Below are positions 60,935 through 64,000 of a stretch of 64,000 nt of DNA, in pieces (position 1 is the stretch's first letter; each line of letters starts with the position of its first letter). Position numbers and translations under genes: made by a program. The notes under the pieces are model-generated. The model saw only the letters and a list, made by a program, of their open reading frames with translations, ran no database searches and was not told where the DNA came from. This DNA comes from an uncultured Spirochaetota bacterium (GTDB lineage Bacteria > Spirochaetota > Brevinematia > Brevinematales > JAOACQ01). The stretch spans positions 32,001-96,000 of the forward strand of contig CAWAOD010000015.1 in the NCBI GenBank assembly GCA_963783575.1. The letters run 5' to 3'.

Positions 60935-62602
60935 ATGAAGATAAACATTATTATTTCATTTTTAATGTTTTTTATTTTAAGCGCTGCCTTTAACCAGCCA
61001 AAAAATCAGACCTCGATCAATTTGAATATTTATGCGGGATTTGAGGGCAGTATTGTACCGAATAGCTGGAACCCATTAAGAATTACCGCGGAAGGCAGAA
61101 CGGGACAGCTTTCAATTGCGGAACCCCTTTCCGTAGAGATAAGCCATTTTAATGAAGACGGACTGATCCGTTCTGAAGAGTTATTGTCCTTCAATAATGA
61201 AAACAGGCTTGAAAGTTCATTTTTTTCAGACGATTCGAGCTTTAGAATAAAAATCCGGGTTCTTGACGGCAGGAAAATACTTTCCGAACAGGATATAGAT
61301 ACAACGGCAAAGACTTTCCCCGGTAATATTGTTCTTACCTGTAATATTCCTGTTATTGAGCAGAATTCAATTAAGCAGGCATTATATCCTGAAGAACCTG
61401 TTCTGGCAGTTCCAATCGAAATTCACGATTTTCCGGATAATATGATCAATTACGACAGCGTCAGCGCTATTGTTGTCAGAAACCCCGGAGCGGGGTTTTC
61501 AAAGGCACAGATGGAGTCTATAAGGGCATGGCTTTCAGCGGGCGGACACATGGTCATAGAAACTGATGATCCCGGATCTGAAAGTATCATACCTTATGTT
61601 GCGACACTTAATAATATGGCTGTAATCAAAGGCAGGATGACATTTCAATCAGGAAATGGAAGCATTACTCTTATCCAGAATAGCCCAGGGGAAAGCTTGA
61701 CGAAGGAGAATCCCTTGTTCTGGAGGGAATCGCTTTATTTAAAGCCGTACAGGGAAACGGAAAGGATTACGGCCGGTATGTGTTTCCCGGTTGAGAAGGA
61801 TTATCGTTTAAAACAAAACCCGGGTTTCTTTTTGAGGAATGTTATGATATTATTCCTGGTTTGGTCATCAATACTTATTTTTATCATCTTTTTTTTCAGA
61901 AAAAATCTATGGATATTCCTGGCCGGATATACTGTAATTTCAGCGTTATTATCGCTTCCTGCCTCGGAATATATTGGTAGGGACTGGCAAAGGGGCGCGT
62001 CGGTAATGACCAGAGCCGTCATTCTTCCGGGTATGACAGGAATTCTTCTGAATACTGTAATCAGCGCAAAACCGACCGGAGCTTGGCTTTTTCAGGAAGC
62101 CGTGGTTTCTCCCTGGACTATTAAAGCCGGCATCGATGATCCGGGTATCGGTTCAGCATCAAGCTTGATTCATGGCTCTGGAAATGCCATATGGCGCCGT
62201 AATTCAGGAATCATGCTTTACACGATAAGGGCCGGGGATTCAAATTATCTGAACCTTGCCGGATATCTGCCTATCACAAATGATCTTAATGAAACCGGAG
62301 ATAATAACGGTGTTATCGATATAATTATACAAAAGGAATTTCCAACCGTATTATTAAAAAATCATACATTCTGGTCTGAATACACAAATTCCGGGGGTAA
62401 TACCGAATGGCGGGAAGATCCGGAACTACCGGATTGGTTAAAAGATCAGAAAACCTGGCTTTCAGCTATTCAGGATAGTTTTTCGGGGACAAGCTGGCTT
62501 GTAGGACGTGGAAAACTTGCATCCCTGAAATTAAAAATTATGGATAAATTGAATAATGAGATTTGCTGGATAATGCCTTTAAAGGAGGAAATAAAGAAAT
62601 GA
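60935..62602 (+). CDS. Hypothetical membrane protein with GATase-like (class I) fold segment
   Basis: Signal peptide, WNPLRI, YDSVSAIV...AWLSAGGHMVI, two TMs. Confidence 0.6.
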   Translation: MKINIIISFLMFFILSAAFNQPKNQTSINLNIYAGFEGSIVPNSWNPLRITAEGRTGQLSIAEPLSVEISHFNEDGLIRSEELLSFNNENRLESSFFSDDSSFRIKIRVLDGRKILSEQDIDTTAKTFPGNIVLTCNIPVIEQNSIKQALYPEEPVLAVPIEIHDFPDNMINYDSVSAIVVRNPGAGFSKAQMESIRAWLSAGGHMVIETDDPGSESIIPYVATLNNMAVIKGRMTFQSGNGSITLIQNSPGESLTKENPLFWRESLYLKPYRETERITAGMCFPVEKDYRLKQNPGFFLRNVMILFLVWSSILIFIIFFFRKNLWIFLAGYTVISALLSLPASEYIGRDWQRGASVMTRAVILPGMTGILLNTVISAKPTGAWLFQEAVVSPWTIKAGIDDPGIGSASSLIHGSGNAIWRRNSGIMLYTIRAGDSNYLNLAGYLPITNDLNETGDNNGVIDIIIQKEFPTVLLKNHTFWSEYTNSGGNTEWREDPELPDWLKDQKTWLSAIQDSFSGTSWLVGRGKLASLKLKIMDKLNNEICWIMPLKEEIKK

Positions 62603-63336
62603 CTCCCGTTTTTATTTCTGAACTTAAAGAATGGCTGGAAAATTACAGCCGGTATACCCTAACCGGGATTTCTGCCGTTATTGCTTTTTCTGCTGTTATC
62701 TACACGGGAAGGCCGGAATCCTGCCTTACTGTTTTATTCATATGTTTTGTAATTATGGGTTATCAGACCGGCAGGGAAAAATGGCATAAAGTTAAACTTG
62801 AGGAATGGCTTTCCGGAATTAAATTATCAATTTTACCTGTTATTACAGGAAAAATAGCCGGAATCATTGTTATCGGTTTAATCCATATAATTGTTTTACT
62901 GCCACTATGGTTGTTTATGCATGTAGTCTGGGGGATTAAATTAGTTTCTTTTATTATGATTTTTCCCGCTTTATTATCAGGATTGGCGGCCTCAGCATGC
63001 CTGACTTTATCAGGCGATATGCTTTCTCATATAAATGAAGACAGCCTGATATATGAAAAAGACTCATTCATGAGACGTTTCCTGATCGCACTATGGCTGA
63101 TACTTACAGTGATTGTACCGGTATTCAGGCCTGCCTGCCCATTATTTCAGATTATGAATTTTTCTTTGAGAAAAGATTATATAAATAACCTTATAAGTCT
63201 TACGGCTGGTTTCGGAGTCTCGATCCTCTTTTTCTTTATTACGGTACTTATTTTTCATATAAAGGATACATCTGTAAAACCTTCTGCAGCCATTGATCAG
63301 AAAACGATCGATGATTATTATAAAGACTTAACTTAG
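62599..63336 (+). CDS. Permease-like integral membrane protein
   Basis: About 6 TMs; MTPVFISELK start overlaps the previous stop. Confidence 0.6.
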   Translation: MTPVFISELKEWLENYSRYTLTGISAVIAFSAVIYTGRPESCLTVLFICFVIMGYQTGREKWHKVKLEEWLSGIKLSILPVITGKIAGIIVIGLIHIIVLLPLWLFMHVVWGIKLVSFIMIFPALLSGLAASACLTLSGDMLSHINEDSLIYEKDSFMRRFLIALWLILTVIVPVFRPACPLFQIMNFSLRKDYINNLISLTAGFGVSILFFFITVLIFHIKDTSVKPSAAIDQKTIDDYYKDLT

Positions 63337-63385
63337 TCGCTAGTCATTGGTCATTAGTTGCTAGCGACTATCCCCTGGAGGCGAA

Positions 63386-64000
63386 ATGGGAAAGGATATT
63401 ATTGACCGGTTTTTGAATGAAGGAAAATTCCGATTAAACCTCATCTTTTTTGCCGATTATATTTTAAGAGCGATATTTTTTACCGGGTTATCATCCGGTA
63501 TTATAATCATTATGCTTCGATTATTCGGTTTCCCGGATATTAATATCTCAGCCTGGTGGATAATTTTAACAGCGGGATGCCTGACGGGATTTATAACCGC
63601 TTTAAGAGGAAAAATAGGCATTGACTATACAGCCAGGTGGATTGACAGAAGCTTAAATACAAATGACGCCTTCTCATCATATTTGACCTGCCGCAACCGT
63701 AAATATTCTGGACTTCCCGATCCGGCGGTCTGGGAAAGAGCGGCTTCGATTCTGGCTCAAAACAAAAAAATAAAATGGCCTTATTATAATATGATTCGTT
63801 GGATTTGGATATCCGGAGGGTCGCTCATATTAACCGGGCTTCTTCTTGGCTTCTGGTATCCCGATATGAAGAGCGGTTTTACCAGGCAAACAATTGTTAA
63901 TGTAAGAATCAATCAGGAAAATAAGCCTCAAAATAATAAAAAGTCCGTTACTTTAAGCCCTCAGACACAAAAAAATATAGCCGGGATGATTTTCCCCAAA
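63386..64000 (+). CDS. Hypothetical membrane protein, 5' part (runs off window)
   Basis: GGAGG RBS; MGKDIIDRFLNEG..., TMs, TARWIDRSLNTNDAFSS; no stop seen in the part translated. Confidence 0.65.
   Translation, partial: MGKDIIDRFLNEGKFRLNLIFFADYILRAIFFTGLSSGIIIIMLRLFGFPDINISAWWIILTAGCLTGFITALRGKIGIDYTARWIDRSLNTNDAFSSYLTCRNRKYSGLPDPAVWERAASILAQNKKIKWPYYNMIRWIWISGGSLILTGLLLGFWYPDMKSGFTRQTIVNVRINQENKPQNNKKSVTLSPQTQKNIAGMIFPK

Noticed and set aside
5371..62022. Many 60-200 aa ORFs antisense to or nested in long genes
   Set aside because: Shadow frames without independent coding signals
63334..63370. Intergenic hairpin tagtcgctag...ctagcgacta
   Set aside because: Single short palindrome with no T-tract or second copy; function cannot be supported

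Overview
AT-rich bacterial DNA. Gene style (Asn/Thr-rich lipoproteins, FGE-domain and NADase-type glycan-binding proteins) suggests a spirochaete, but this is inference only. Left end (1-1.5 kb): mobile-element-like control region (partial parA, small phage-like gene, probable antisense sRNA, double-HTH XRE regulator). At 1.5-3.7 kb two diverged ~650-bp structured non-coding elements lie in inverted orientation around one very AT-rich membrane-protein gene. Each element holds a promoter-containing hairpin and an inverted pair of Xer dif-like sites (6-bp and 7-bp central regions, ~100 bp apart); this is the most novel-looking feature. Next is a minus-strand block: a giant subtilase + Ig-repeat lipoprotein gene split by two frameshifts, DUF559/REP cassettes, a signal-peptide Rhs toxin of ~3745 aa and its putative immunity gene. 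Divergent from it are an Ig/FGE lipoprotein and a pilin-less T2SS/T4P-like core (secretin, GspE, GspF). The right 21 kb is more ordinary: EAL protein, SGNH hydrolase, ABC transporter, HTH-ABC ATPase fusion, MCP, GH10, GH30, CBM32, alpha/beta hydrolase, membrane proteins and several gene remnants (PksI-like, GH16, BNR). No rRNA, tRNA, CRISPR array, integrase or reverse transcriptase was recognised.
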